Below are positions 25,613 to 40,648 of a DNA stretch of 64,000 bases, one piece after another. The stretch's first letter is position 1. Each line of letters begins with the position of its first letter. Where the stretch lies: NCBI GenBank assembly GCA_951406725.2, contig OX597818.1, forward strand, positions 84,382,001 through 84,446,000, written 5' to 3'. A program made the translations under genes and the position numbers. The notes beneath the pieces were generated by a model, which was given only the letters and a program-made list of their open reading frames with translations, was not told where the DNA came from and made no database searches. Source of the DNA: Octopus vulgaris. Taxonomy: Eukaryota.

Positions 25613-26828
25613 AATATGGTATTAGTAGTAGTTGGTGGAGGAGGAGGAGGAGGAGGAGGAGGGAGGGAAGAGATGGGGAAGAGAGGAGGGGAGGGGAGAC
25701 GATCAGGAGGTTGTGGAGGTGTGGTAGTGGTAGTGATGGTGGTGGTGGTGGTGGTGGTGGTGGTAGTGGTGGTGGTGGTGGTGGTTGTAGTGGTGGTGGT
25801 TGTAGTAATAGGAGATGATGAAGTGGTGGTAGTACTAGTTGTAGTTGAAGTGGTGGCGCAGGCATTTATTTGGGTGTTTGGTGTAGAACTGGTGACGGGT
25901 GGGAGTAGTGTGGTGGTGGTGATGGCGGTGGAGTGATCGTGTTGTAGTCGTAACGCTTCGGTGATGGTGGTGGTGGTGGTGGTGGTGGTAGTTAGTGTCT
26001 CGCGTATTGTGGCAATATGGGCTAAAGTTCATTTCAGATTCTGATCCCGCATGCTCTCCCTAAAAACAATACACCTAAAAGAGAAAAGGAAAAAAAGTGT
26101 AGGCAACGAGAAGAAACAAGGAGAATTAAGGTGATGGAGGAGAGAAGTAGGAGGAGGGGGGAAAAAGTGAGGGAATATCTTAATGGAGGGGGGTAGTGTG
26201 AGATTACAAGTCGTGAGAAATTTGAGGTGAGGAACACGGCACAGGTGGTGAGTGGGGAATAACACCATGTGCACAGCACAGAAGACCCAGGTTGATAAGT
26301 TTGTGGTGGAGGGCATGGCAGGAAGAAATGAAACTGAATTATTGCAGTTGTTGTCTGGGTTATTTTTGTTATTTATTTCGCAATCGAGATTATTTCTTTA
26401 CATAATTTTGTTACGCTTTTTATTATGTTTTCTTTTTGGTTTATTGTTTCCTTAGCCTTAATGGGGTTTTTTTTGTTATATTTATTTTTAAAAAAAAGGT
26501 ATTTCCTCATACCTCTCCCTCTTTCTCTTGTTCTTTTTCTATTCTTTAATAACAAACGCACGCACGCTCAAACCCAGGCATACGTACACCACACTTGTTT
26601 CAGTTATTGCACTGCTGCCGTGCTGGAGCACCGTATGAAGTGTTTAAGTCGAACAAGTTGATCCTAGTACTCATGTGGTACTTATTTTATCAACCCCAAA
26701 AAGGATTAAAAAACAAAGTTGACCCGAGGCGGATTTGAACTCATTGCGTATTAAACCGAAAGAAATGATGCTATGCAATTTGACCGACGCGCTAGCGATT
26801 TGTCAGCTTAGAATAATAATACTAATAC

Positions 26829-26888
<60 letters not shown>

Positions 26889-26986
26889 CAACAACAACAA
26901 CAACAACAATAATAATAATCGCCATTATTATCATTGCATCATCATCATCATCATCATCATCGCTATCATCATTATTATTATTATTA

Positions 26987-27048
<62 letters not shown>

Positions 27049-27247
27049 TCCCTGTTTTTATAAATCTCATTGGAAATTAAACTCAATTTCACTGTTTTAA
27101 AGAAATAAACAACTATAACACTCCATCGCAAAAACAGCAAGAATAGCAACAAAAAAAAGAAGAAAATTAACAAAATTTGAAAATTGGGACTTCACAAGCA
27201 TTTTGTGCGCATCCCATCAATCACTTATCTTGTAATTACCTCTTTCC

Positions 27248-27282
<35 letters not shown>

Positions 27283-27455
27283 AAACATCATCATCATCGT
27301 CATCCTCATCATCATCATCGTCATCATCATCATCATTAAATTTTTCTTCTTTCTCCGCTATTTTTTTCTACTCTTTCCTCTTCCTGCAGCTCATCCTCAA
27401 CCTCATCTTCTTCCTCATCCCCAATGCCAACCCAACCACCACCACCACCACCACC

Positions 27456-27489
<34 letters not shown>

Positions 27490-28823
27490 TCATCATCATT
27501 ATCACCACCACCACCACCGACCTCTATCATTATTATCATTACCATCGTTATCGTCGTCTTCGTCGTTATCATCCTCCCCTATCACTCCTCCTCCCATTCC
27601 CCTTCTTCCTCATCATCATCATTACTATCATCTCATTATTGTTATTAAACCTTTTTTTCTTTTTACACGGTGCTTTGGCTGTTTGGTAGAGTGACGTACA
27701 AAATTAACCTTCTGATTAAAATACTTTAGTTACGTCTAATTAGGTACCAAGTTCAAATCCCAACGCAGTCACCTTCATCTTGTCCTTGCTGTTGTTTTAA
27801 CCGCAGGTTAAGCTGCTTAGAAATCCTCCAGTCGTGACCAAGCCATCTATTATACAACCATATTATTACGTGAACAGCATCTCTTGTCTCGTTTGCCCCT
27901 TTCAAAACACTAGAGAGAAAATTTGGCTACTAATTCTAGCAGGTCGAAGAACAGCATAGAGATTAACTCATTGACTCGTATTAAAATCATTTCTCATGCC
28001 TTTCTGTTCTTTTTTTTACAAATCCCATTTTAAGTTCAATCAATTTAAATTTAAAAGGAAAGCAGAAAAAAGTAAGAGAGTGAGAGAACGAAAGATAGGA
28101 GAATAAAGATTAATAGAGAGAAAATTTTTAATGGCCCATGCATTTACGTTTCGAAGGAAAGGTAAAAAAAAAAAAAAGGTACCAGTAAAATACTGGTACC
28201 TCGATAAAAATGATGGTGATCCTATGACACATGTAACAGCTGTGACATTCCACGGGATGTTAGGTTAAATGCGAAGAACATAAAGGAAAACCTCTCTATA
28301 ATGTTATGGGAAGCTAAAAAACATTTACCTCAAATTATAATAAACCCCCTTCCGGAAAATATTGTCATGCGTCTATGTACAACACGCAGAAAGATTATTG
28401 TTACTTGTTTTTAAGGATGGTGGATTAGCAAAATCATTAGAACGTCTAATGAAGTACTTTTAAACATTTGTTCTGGTTCTGAGTTCAAATCTAATTCTCA
28501 ACTTTACCTTTTCATCCCTACGGGGTCAATGAAATAAACGCTAGTTGAATAGTGGGGTCGATATGATCGATTATTCCCTTACCCAAAGTTTCAGGCCTTG
28601 AGCCTATAGCAGGAAGTTTTATTTGTTTTGTTTTGTTTCTTTTGTTTTGTAAGGTGGTGAACTGCCAGGATCGTTAAAATATGGGATAAAATATTTTGTT
28701 GTGTTTATTCCTGTTCATTCCGCTTTGAATTAAAATCTGGCAGGAGTCAACATTGACTTTTGTTATTTTGGAGTCGATGTAATCGACAAAACTCTCTCCA
28801 TACAATTTCTGAGCTTTTACTTA

Positions 28824-29066
28824 CAATCGTAGCCAATAGTTTGGAACATAGATCGGAAAATTAGAATTTTTATATTAAATGACCAAAATTACATTTAATT
28901 TACAATATATTATTACTTGGTCAAAAGTTTGGAACATAGGTCTGAAAGTTTTTTTTCTCCTAGATATTGAATCATTAGATCAATTATTAGGTAAGTATAT
29001 CTCTACGTTGTATTCATATGAATCGAATTGCACATGAGCAATGATCCAAACTTTTGGCCATGATTG
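28824..29066. mobile_element. Tc1-like MITE
   Basis: Imperfect 26-bp TIRs CAATCGTAGCCAATAGTTTGGAACAT / ATGATCCAAACTTTTGGCCATGATTG, TA on the left, internal TIR-like repeat near 28918. Confidence 0.7.
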
Positions 29067-29481
29067 TGTCTTAGAACCAATTATTATTTAAGTGTAAAAT
29101 TAACGATTGATATAGAATGGCTGAATCCTAAAAACATTGGCTGTAATTGTTTGTTTTTCCCTCTTCGTTTCTGTTTTTGGTTCGAATCCTCCTGAAGTTG
29201 ACTTTACATTTCATCCCTTCAACCGTCAAGGCATCCTGTATTTTTCCTCGATTAGAAATTGCTAATTGTTGTTCGTGGTCATGTTGTTAAATGATCATTC
29301 TCAAGATGCCGAGTAAGAAGACTGCGTGTGAGCAACTGAATCAGCAACATTAGTCAATATGTCGGAGTAGTCCTTCAATCAGGTCTCGCATGATCTTTGT
29401 ATATCGTGAGCAATTGTAAACAGGCTGAAGAATTTTCTAGCCCTTATGGAAAAGGGATGTGGCCCCAGCTGCGCTAAGGAT

Positions 29482-29552
29482 ACACCTCACCCGTCTTTTT
29501 CACACCTCACCCGTCTTTTTCACACCTCACCCGTCTTTTTCACACCGCACCT
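29482..29552 (+). repeat. 20-bp minisatellite, 3 copies plus a partial
   Basis: (CACACCTCACCCGTCTTTTT)x3, followed by a (CT)n tract. Confidence 0.9.
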
Positions 29553-29586
29553 CTCATTCACTCTCTCCTTTCCTCCTCTCTCCCTC

Positions 29587-29671
<85 letters not shown>

Positions 29672-30132
29672 ACTTTCCGTAAAACTGGATTTAATTCTGA
29701 TGGCTTGCATATGTATTTTTAATAAATTCCGGCAGATTTGAACGTAAATACACTAATCGCTGATGTGCTTCGTTTCAGTAGAACAACTTATTCTTTACGT
29801 CGAAAGAGTGTTCATAACACACTCTATTCATTAGTACAAATGAGATTTGTTAATAAAGAAAACACTTGGATTGATTTCGAGGACTGTATGTGATCCCTGC
29901 TCAATTTTAAAGAGATTAGATACGATTATATTTTCTTCATATGATCACATTACAAGACGCTTTCGAGGTCTGTGTTCATGGAGTCTGTGCAGGTTTAGTC
30001 TGATGTGTGTAGGTGCTTGGATAGTAAATGTTAGGGAAGAGTAAAGGGCAGCACTATCTGCACAAGTCTATGTGTATATGGGTCGTTAATATGTAGAATA
30101 GAAGAGAGTGCGAAACAAACCGAACCTTAGGG

Positions 30133-30378
30133 CAGTGCTTTTCAAACTATCTGATGTGGCGCACCGGCAGTTTATTTTCCAATGTGCCAGGCACCGGTAA
30201 CATTTCTTAGTGATATTAAGTTATACCGGAAACAATATATATAATAAATATAATTAAAGTTGACCATTCTTTTAATCTTATATTTATTTTGTAAACGAAT
30301 AATACAGTTTATAGGCAATTTATAACTTTTCTTTCCTTTCTGGAAACTTGACGCGTACCACAACTTTGAGTAGCACTG
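30133..30378. mobile_element. hAT (Charlie-like) MITE
   Basis: TIRs CAGTGCTTTTCAAA / TTTGAGTAGCACTG; 8-bp TSD CCTTAGGG / CCCTAGGG. Confidence 0.85.
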
Positions 30379-30494
30379 CCCTAGGGTACACTGCAATAAC
30401 AGATGGAGAGCTTCTTTAGCAGAAGCCTTGATAATGTGATCTTGTAGGAAGCTGCTGATGCAACAGGTGAGTGATGGGTGAAAAACCTATTCTT

Positions 30495-30686
30495 TTATTT
30501 GTCATTTGACTGCAGCCATGCTGGAGCACCACCTTTAGTAAAAAAAAACCCAAACCCAGGACTTTTTTTGTAAGCCTAGTATTTATTCTATCGGTTTCTA
30601 TTGGCGAACTGCTTAGTTACATGGACGTAAACACACCAACATCGGTTGTCAAGCGATGGTGGGTGGGTACAAACACAGACACACAA

Positions 30687-30737
<51 letters not shown>

Positions 30738-30882
30738 AACGGGCTTCTTTCAGTTTCCGTCTACCAAGACATTGGACGGCCCGAGGTTATAATAGAAGAC
30801 ACTTTCTCAAGATGTCACGCAGTGGGACTGAACCCGGAACCAAGTGGTTGGGAAGCAATCTTCTTACCACTCAGCCACTCCT
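30495..30882 (-). mobile_element. SINE family A
   Basis: Reverse-complement match over head, TA tract and tail. Confidence 0.8.
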
Positions 30883-31749
30883 ATAATTTCAGTGGGATAT
30901 TAGCCTAGATGATGTCGAGGACAACAATATTTCTTTCACCAAATGTCTATAGAGCGAGAGCCTTTTTCATTGATACAAGAGAGCAGATCACCAGCTGGTT
31001 CAGTTTTACTTTTATTCAGGTAGTGTTAAGTGTGTCGAGAATGACGTTACCCAATGTATCTCTCTTTCGTTTCTCAAGTCCAATTTTTTTTTTCAAATCT
31101 TTCTTTTTTTTAATCCTTACTTTAAACCTAGCTATAAATCCTAACCAATAATCTAAAATTTGATATCAAACTCATAGTCTAACTCTACATTTTCACTCTA
31201 AATGCTGCTCCTAAACGCTTACTCTCATCACAAACAACCCCACCACCATCACCACAATCGCAATTTCCAATGTTTAAAACAGAAATCAGAAGATATTTTC
31301 CAAAAGGAAAAACAATGAATAAAATTGTCACGTGGTGAGCTAATTTTACTCCTCCGCATCCCATCAAATAAAGTGTAAAAGAATTGCTTGGAGGTCAGTT
31401 CTAATTATTTAATTTGGTGATAATTTAATATGATATCCAGAATTCCTTTAAATCTTAAAATCAAAATTTTATAGCAAGCAATTCAAAATAATTTAAACTA
31501 AAAAAAATTAAATAATACAGTGAAATTCTGAAAATTCACAGAGATGTAAAAAGAAATAAAAAATATTCTGTGAACGAAATGGTATTTTGTTCTGTGGCAT
31601 TACTTTTTAATTCGAAACACCTCCGAGGGCCTACTTTGCATTATATTCATCTGGCATCGATTAAATAAAAGCACCAATCAAATACTAGAATTGATTTCAC
31701 GGACTGATGCTTTTTCGTTAAAATGTTAAGCCTTGAAACGATGTATGCA

Positions 31750-32480
31750 TCATGCTTAATGTATATATCCTGTCAATGGGCCACTTATTGGCGTATTTGC
31801 TCCGAGACAACATCTATTATGGACGTGCTACTTTTAGAATACAATAAATATCAGAGGACAACATTTTGTCCCAGCAACGGCCTGCGAGACGCCAGATGCA
31901 TTTCCATGTTTTTAGGCCTTTTGAATGGCGTGTACTCCCAGCCATCCAAAAGCACGGACGAGAATTCGTCGCCTCTGATATACGAAAAAAATGAAAAAAT
32001 TTTCACTGTTGTTGCAAACAGGTGCTCGGCTGAATGAAAATCCGGTATAAGCAATTGCGACGATACTAAATTAAAATAACCATTTGCTTAATCATACTTA
32101 ATATATATACACTGTCTATAAGCCACTTATTGCGGTATCTGTCCTGAAATAACATCTCTTATGAACATGTGTTAAAAACACAATAAATATTAGTGGTTGA
32201 CAAAACCCCGTTATGGTAGCAGCAAGGAGGATACCAAATACATTTCGGCCTTTTACGACTTTTTCAATGGCTGTAACTCAAAGCCAGTCACATAATCGAA
32301 CGAGAATTCGTCGCCTCTGATACAGGAAAAAGTGAATAAAACAGTTACTCATGTTATGAGTAACCAAGCGACGACTAACAATCCAGTATATGCAATTGAG
32401 GTACTATTGAATTTAAATAGCTATTTGTGTATCGTACTTAATGTATATCCACTATTGATAGGCCATTTACTGAGTGATTT
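31750..32480 (+). repeat. Diverged tandem repeat, ~341-bp unit, about 2.1 copies
   Basis: Unit starts near 31749, 32091 and 32431 (ATCxTxCTTAAT...); shared GAGAATTCGTCGCCTCTGATA at about 31960 and 32302. Confidence 0.8.
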
Positions 32481-33716
32481 TGTATGAGAAATGTTCAGCG
32501 GAATAAGCAGCGACAATATAAGTCAAACATCAGCGACAGAAAAACTAATTCCAATATCAGAAGGAATTTGTTTAGTGACTCGAGAAAACATCAACATATT
32601 CTGTCACTACCAGTATCGTCATTGAAGTAATCACTTTGTGGTAGCAAAATCTGCTGGAAATAACACACTAATTACTTCAAATCGCACCCTATCGTCATAA
32701 AAATTGACACATCCAATAATATATTCTTAGTACAATATGACTGAAATAAGAATAAGAAGTAATGGTCGTGGCTGGAGTGCTTTACTAAGTCAAGGATAAT
32801 CTATTGTAGGTCGATCAAAAACAACGGCCACCTCTACCACCAACTACATATCTACAACTACCACTCGAAGGATAGTGATACGGTGTTAAGACAAAATCAA
32901 GATGACTGCTTAGGGGATGAAAAATGATTTGCATCCAGTATAATTGGGGATATTATCTGCAAGGCACAGTGATAACATAAGTTCAAACACGCAGGCACAT
33001 CATTGAATGTCTTCTTTTTTGTTTACATACGTACGAGTCAGTATTATTGTTTGTAAACATGCATGTATATATGCACATGCATTGCAGTTTATATGTAAAT
33101 ATAAATGAGAGAAAGAAAGAGAAAGAGAGTGTGTGAGACAGAGAGACTGAATGCACATTTCTTTGAATATACACAATAATATAAAGATATCTCTATACAA
33201 CATATTCAGCTGCTATAAAGCCGACATCTGAATAAATGTGTTTGTAAACATGTGTGTGTGTGTGTGTGTGCGTGCGTGTGCGTGTGTGTGTGTGTGTGCG
33301 TGCGTGCATGTGTGTGTGTGTGTGTATACATGCATATATATTACAGTCATCTATGCATCTGGCTGGCTATGCATACATTTACCCATATGAGTGTGTGTAT
33401 ACATACATATGTGAATCTGTGTGTGTATATACATATATTTATATATATATATACATAGACAAACTTATATCGATATATGTTTGTATAAGCATACATAAGC
33501 ATACATACATGACGTAAAAACAATAATGTATGTGTATGATTGTATGTGTATATAATTTGATTATATCACTGTCTAACTTTTATGAAATAACGTTTAATAG
33601 AATTTGTATGTTTGTCTAGAGTTGATTCGATATTTCGGACAAACATAAATTCTATTAAATCGGATTCAACAAGGAGAATATGATAACATAACAACAAGAA
33701 GAACAACAAGAACGAC

Positions 33717-33794
<78 letters not shown>

Positions 33795-35214
33795 TCGATC
33801 GTGACTCCTATGGTTGTGATGGTTATGATGATGACCGATGATGACGATGATGAATGCCGTTATTCCTTTCAAATATATATATAATATCGTTTCATGTATG
33901 ATATCATTGCAGCGATGCAAAAGAATAGAAAAATCTCATGTGATATTATGAAACCATTAACTTACAACCATTCTTTCTGTTTCGTAAATATATATGTTTT
34001 TACTTAATTATTAGTTATTATTATTATTATTGTTGTTGTTGTTGTTGTTGTTGTTGTTATATTTGTATTTATCATAGCCACTGATCGAAGAATCAGTAAA
34101 GCGATTGGTCAAAATACTTTGCGGTATTTTAGTTAACTTCGATGTTATATTTTAAATTCGGTACAGTCGATCTTTGTATTTTAGTTTCCCAGGGTTCCAG
34201 AGTTCCAAGGCTCACAAAATCCATCTTTCTATAGACACCATCATCATCAGTTTACCCCTGACTGGCGACATGCGCTGATCTCTGTTTTTGCCTACCATTT
34301 TTATATTCTCCCTCCAAATTTGTATTCACGCATTCATGTAAGAACTTCGATGCCTTGTGTATAAAATTCCTTAATAGGCAACATACTCTCACCAAAGAAT
34401 CATTGTGGGCGAGTACAAAGATGTTTCCTTGCTGCAGTCATCCGAGTTTCTTTTTTTTTTTTTCACAAGACATTACCTAGACGACCTTGAGAACTAAGAA
34501 TGTACAGATCGGAAACAAATACTGCAAAGCGTTTTATAAATGTCAACAAATTATACAGTATTTACAGTTACAGTAGAAGAAACTTGTCCAAGGTATTGCG
34601 CAGTGGGATCAAACCTCAAGGACGGGGACACAAAGCTAACCTTTTATCCACTGAGGCGTGCCTGTGTCCTTCCATACCAGTAATATACTCTGAGCTATGC
34701 AAGTGTTACCGCTACCTAACCTAGAATTAAATATATTTCCATGTGACTGTACCACAGAAATCATTAATTTTGGTGATGATTAAAAAGGCGATCTGACAGA
34801 ATCGTTAACAAATATTCTTAGTAGTATTTCCAGATTTACGTTCTGAGTTCAAATGCCACCGAGGTCGGCTTTGTCTTTCATCCTTTAGGGGCTGTTACAA
34901 TCGAATAGTCCCCTCCCCTGCAAATTTCAGGCTTTGTGCCTATAGTATAATGCTATGTATAAAGCATTATTTCTGGCGATGATGATAATGAGGTACGGTG
35001 GGAAAAAGAGGGAAACGAGTAGGGGAATTGGGGTGGAGGATGAAGGGAGGAAGAAGATGAAGCGGAGGAGAAGGATGAAGGGGAGGAGGAGGAGGAGGAG
35101 AGGGGAACAGAAGGTTGAAAATGTGACGGGAACATGCTTCTGTATTTCTCATTCATTTATTTTGTTTTATCTATTTTATTTATATATTTTGTTTTAAATA
35201 TTTCCTTTATGTAA

Positions 35215-35445
35215 GGCGGTGAGCTGGCAGAATCGTTAGCACGCCGGGCAAAAAGCTTAGCGTTATTTCGTCTGCCGTTACGGCCTGAGTTCAAACTCCA
35301 CCGAGTTCGACATTGTCTTTCATCTCTTCGGGATCGATTGAATAAGTACCAGTTACGTTCTGGTGGTCGATGTAATCGAGTTAAACCCTTTGTTTGTCCT
35401 TGTTTATCTGCACTATGTTTAACCCCCTGTGAGCAATAAAGAAAT
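35215..35445 (+). mobile_element. SINE family B, full length with TSD
   Basis: Matches the 25094 copy; 18-bp TSD AAATATTTCCTTTATGTA / AAATATTTTCTTTATGTA (1 mismatch). Other copies near 34787, 35561, 23225, 39800, 49240, 54380, 56170. Confidence 0.85.
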
Positions 35446-36312
35446 AAATATTTTCTTTATGTATTTACGGCGCAATCGTTGCTGGGTGGTAAGAAGTTTG
35501 TTTTCAAATCGTTATTGCTCCGAATTTAGTCCCACTGCGTTGCACTTCAGTTCTTTGTTAAGGCGGCAAGCTTGCAGAACAGTTAGCATGCTGGGCAAAA
35601 TGCTTGGCGGCATTTCGTCCGAGTTTACGTTCCGAGCTCAAATTCTGTCAAGGTCGACTTTACCTTTCATCTTTTCAGAGTCGATAAAATCAGTAGTAGT
35701 TGAGCACTGGTGGCGATGTAATCGACTAGTCCCATCTCTCAAAATGGCTGCCCTAGTGGCAAAATTTGAAACTAATATCTTGTTTATGTATTTAATCCAG
35801 TCATAAAACTGCGTTTTCTATGACCTTATAAGGTAACAAAAGCGCTGGATTTCTTCAGTGTAATTCCTACTTTCTTCCTTCCTTCCTTCTTTCCTTCCTT
35901 CCTTCATTCCTTCCTTCCTTCCATCCATCCATAAACAGCTACTTTATCATTTACATTCCCCACCGCAACGCTTTACCATTTCTTTTCATTTGCCTTTATT
36001 CTATTAACTGAGAATGTCTTTACGCAACAAACACACACACCCGCATACACAGACATTCACACACACAGACACACAGACACACACACATACACACACACAT
36101 CACACGAAGAAGCGACGATAGAGGGTTAAGCACCTATGCGCACGAATATACATATACACACGTTAATATTCATGTGTATATGTGGGCATATGTATATGCT
36201 TGTGTATGTACGTGTGTAGAGAAAAGTATTCAGATCTTTGCCTTTCATGTGGCTTTTCTAAAAATTATCTATTTTCCTGTCAAATCCATTATCATACATA
36301 TATGATAATATG

Positions 36313-36373
<61 letters not shown>

Positions 36374-37071
36374 TATGTATCTATGTATTATGTAATATAT
36401 ATATGTGTATGTGTGTATATGTAATGTATAGGTATATATATATATACATACATATATATATGTACGTATTATGTAATGCATGATATAAATATATACATAA
36501 TATGTGAATGCGTGTGTATGCGCTAATATATATGTGGGTATATCTACATGAAACACATACCATCTATGTACATATATACGTATGTATACGTAAACAAAAA
36601 TATTTTTATTTGTGTGCGTTCGCGCGTGCGGTATACGTGTGTGTATGTATGTATAATTTCATATATATATACATATATGTATGTATATATATATATATAT
36701 ATATGCGTACACATGATGCACGGTTTTCGATGTATGTTTGTGTAACATTGTATGTGTTAGTGTGTTTGCGTCTTTTATCGGTTGTCATTTCCTCTTTTCA
36801 ATCATGTTTGTTTTCCTTTTTTTCACTTGGTTTTGAAACAAAAAATTGAAAGAGATAAAGAAAACCACTCAAACAACAATGGCAACAGAAGAAAAGTATG
36901 ACAACAACAATAATAATAACATCAAGAAAAATGAGTGGTCAGACCTTTTTGATACAACTCTCAGAACATCAGCAGTCTTTAGTCATCTATACCGTAAATC
37001 TTACATCACGAATATTCTCCTCAGCTATACTCTGGCTTTCAAACACACGCACATTCACACGCAGGCATGCA

Positions 37072-37105
<34 letters not shown>

Positions 37106-37224
37106 TACGCACACATTCACACATTCGCACAAATTGTTTCATGTACACCATGTTTGCTTGAATGTGTGCGTGTATGCGTGTGAATGTGTGTGTGTATCAT
37201 ATCATATTATATTGACAGCTACTT

Positions 37225-37560
37225 CCTCGGTTACGACGACGAGGGTTCCAGCTGATCCGATCAACAGAACAACCTACTCGTGAAATTAACGTGCAAGTGG
37301 ATCTTCAGATTTACGTGCAAGTGGATCTAAGGTGCATCTACTGATACGCGTGCCTTTAACGTAGTTCTGGAGGAAAATTCACCGCGACAAAAAGTATGAC
37401 AAGCCTGGTCTTTTGAAATACAGGTACTGCTAATATTCGCCAGCTGAGTGGACTGGAACAGCGTAAAATAAAGTGTCTTGCTCTAGGGCAGGACGCGCCG
37501 TTGGATATCGATCTTACAGCCTTACGATTGTGATCCAAATATCTTAACCACTAAAACCAC
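37225..37560 (-). mobile_element. SINE family C, degraded
   Basis: Colinear with 57810-58190 (CGGTTACGACGACGAGGGTTCCAG tail). Confidence 0.7.
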
Positions 37561-37823
37561 TCGCTTTCAAACATTATATGTACACGCCCGCACACACATA
37601 TATATATATATATTATATGTACATATATGTGTGTATATAATAATTCTTTATGATGTTGGTACAAGGCAAGAATTTTTTTAGGGAAGAGGGTTAAACGATT
37701 ACGGAGTCCCTTGTATCTGAATCTAACTTTATTTTTACGTTATCACGAACGGATGTAAGGCAAAGTTGTCCTCCTCTGTAATAACAGATACACACACACA
37801 CACACATAGATGCACACAAGCAC

Positions 37824-37865
<42 letters not shown>

Positions 37866-37868
<3 letters not shown>

Positions 37869-38771
37869 GGTATGTAGAAAAATACAACCAGTCTTCAGTC
37901 AAGAACCGGATCATCGTAGTAATTTCGGCTGATTAATCTTGAGATTACTAGATCACGGCCAGCCCTCCAAGAAAAACCAAGCAACGAGCATTAGAAAAAC
38001 TAAGCTGGAAGCGTAGATTTCCTGGAAGAAGGATCGAATGCATACGAACACCAGGACAGCAAAAGGGACAGATATAAAAAAACAAAAAACAATAATGGAA
38101 TACAGAAACATGAAATACAGAAGCATTAACGGTGAAAACAACAGTGTCTTACGACTGATAACAAGCAAACAAATTTTTTCTCTGGCGCAATGGAAAAAGC
38201 CTTTATAGTGGCGGACGAAAACAGCGATGTTAACAGAACGAGGGTCAGAAGCTGAAAGGCAGATTTCGGCCAACAGTCACGTGACAGAGAAGAGGGAAAA
38301 GAAAAGAAAGAGAAGCAAAGGAAGAGAGAGAGAGGAGAGAGAGAGGAGGGACAAACGCAACAAAGAGAGAGAAGAGAGAGAAAGAAGGAATCAGAGAGGA
38401 GAAGGGATGGGTGTCGAAGAATGACCTGTGAGTGCAGAGCGAGACAAAGAAATAGGAGGGTAGTGGAAGACTAGACCAAAGAATCAGAGGAAAGAGAAGA
38501 GAAAAAGAGGATGAGTAGAGAGAAAAGAGAGAGAGGGGGACAGATCAAGTAAAAATGAGAGAGAGAGAGAGACAAACAGAGAGTCGTACCAATTATTAAG
38601 AATATGTGCTCACATAAATGTTAAGGGGGTACGGGGCGCCTGGAATATATGTTAAGGTATGTAGAAAAATACAACATGGACAAGAACGTATAACTCTTAG
38701 AAGACGACACAATAAACACGGACAGGACATTCGAAACCCTCAGTCTTCAGTCAAGAACCGGATCATCGTAG
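37866..38771. mobile_element. Element with direct terminal repeats, probably a Penelope-like tandem pLTR relic
   Basis: TTAAGGTATGTAGAAAAATACAAC and CAGTCTTCAGTCAAGAACCGGATCATCGTAG occur at 37866-37919 and again at 38652-38771; the first copy lacks about 65 internal bp. Embedded in (TA)n. Confidence 0.5.
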
Positions 38772-40413
38772 TAGGGTATATATATTGTATGTAACGAACT
38801 TTGGATGTGATGTAACAAACATTTTTAAAGCTACTATCGGCATAGTCGACAGCAGCTTTTCCTGATTTTTTCGAAATTTGCATATCGACTACTATCGACA
38901 GTAAATGAATCTTAGTAGAATATATAATTACGAGTAACAAATATTTTCAAACTCAAACGCTCAACTGTCTAGTTAACAAGTTCAATTCGTGATTACGAGT
39001 TTTCAGGTTCAGTTCCACTACACGAAATTTTGTACGAAATGTTTTCTGCCATAGTTTTACATTGACTACTGTTAAGTGCTTATCGAAATCTTCATCGAAG
39101 CCGGTAGAACCGTTTGTGCTCTAAAATGATAGATATAATCCATCAACAAATTTGCAGAATAACACTTAACCAGTGGCTACTTGGTCGGTGTCTGACTGCT
39201 CAGTAGCTGAATCTGGTTTATATTACTCTGTTCCAAACGCTATGGTCACGGTTCCAGTCAAAGAAATATTTTTACCATTCCATTGATAAAATTGGGAAAA
39301 ATATTTCTTTTAGTTTCGTTTTATCGAGTTCATACAAACTATTTCAAATTTGTCAGAATATTGGCATCATACTGTCTCACAAACTAAATACCAATACCAA
39401 ACACAGAACAATAAATGTAGACAACTCCATTGATGATACTGCAGTTTCTAGAAAAATAGCTAGTATCAGTAAAAGACTATTAAGTAATACAGTGGTGAAT
39501 TTTCAGGTAAATGTTTTTTTTCTGCATCTGTAACAAAATGGGGTGATTACAGGGGGCATAACATCAAGCTTAACACAAGTGTTTCTACTGATTAGCTTGT
39601 TTTTTAGATTGTGTACTTTTGCTTATATTTTGTACTTGTGTGTGTGTGTGTGTGTGAATGTGAGTGTGTGCGTGTGCACGCGTACGTGTTTGTGTATGTA
39701 CAGTCAGAGAATATGGATGCAATGAATTATCTGCTAATGACAGATGAAGTTACCTAAAGATTTGCAGACAGAACATCATAGAGACGATTTTTTTTTTACT
39801 ACGAGAGGCACAACGCCTGAAGTTTTGGGTACAAGGTGCAACTAGATTTCATCGACGCTGGTGCTTAACTTGTTCTTATTTCAGTGACCCCGCGAGTACT
39901 GAAGACAATGTCGGGCTCGATGGAATTTGAACTCAGTACGTAAAGCAGAACGAAATGCCGTTGAGCAATTTGTCCAGTATGCTAACGATTCTGACAGGTA
40001 GCTGCTTTTCAACATCATTAATATATTAAAAGCGCGGAAGCGTCACTTGCTGTGCTTCTTATATACGTTATAGTCCATATGAGTAAAATCTGTGCATGTG
40101 TACCTATGTCTGTGTGTGCACATGTAAATATGAGACGCCATGTTCTTTTTATGCAAATTTCTTTAGGTTTAAAGAATACAGATGTTTTCACACCATTTCC
40201 TTCATGTTTTTCTGAGATGTCCCTTAAACATTTAAATTGAGATACGAATTGCACGCAAAAAATACTATTCACGCATACGCAGGAACATACAGACACGCAC
40301 ATACAGACTCACACATACACGCACACACACACAATACACAAATATATGTATAAATATGCATACATATAAATATATATACATATATATACATATATATAGA
40401 TATATACATATGA

Positions 40414-40444
<31 letters not shown>

Positions 40445-40484
40445 TGCATATATATGTGTATATATGTATGTATGTATATATATG

Positions 40485-40582
<98 letters not shown>

Positions 40583-40593
40583 ATTTATATATA

Positions 40594-40648
<55 letters not shown>

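Larger units (their letters stand above)
29850..31110 (-). mobile_element. Degraded CR1/L2-like LINE RT, interrupted by a hAT MITE and a SINE
   Basis: Minus strand VVLDII.A (~30915); SVP*GSV (GVPQGS-like) rejoined across the MITE; YIND-like then CADS-like (YADD) near 30090-30055. Confidence 0.55.

Noticed and set aside
29482-29552. CRISPR-like regular repeat
   Set aside because: Direct 20-bp tandem units with no spacers, no cas genes, eukaryotic context.
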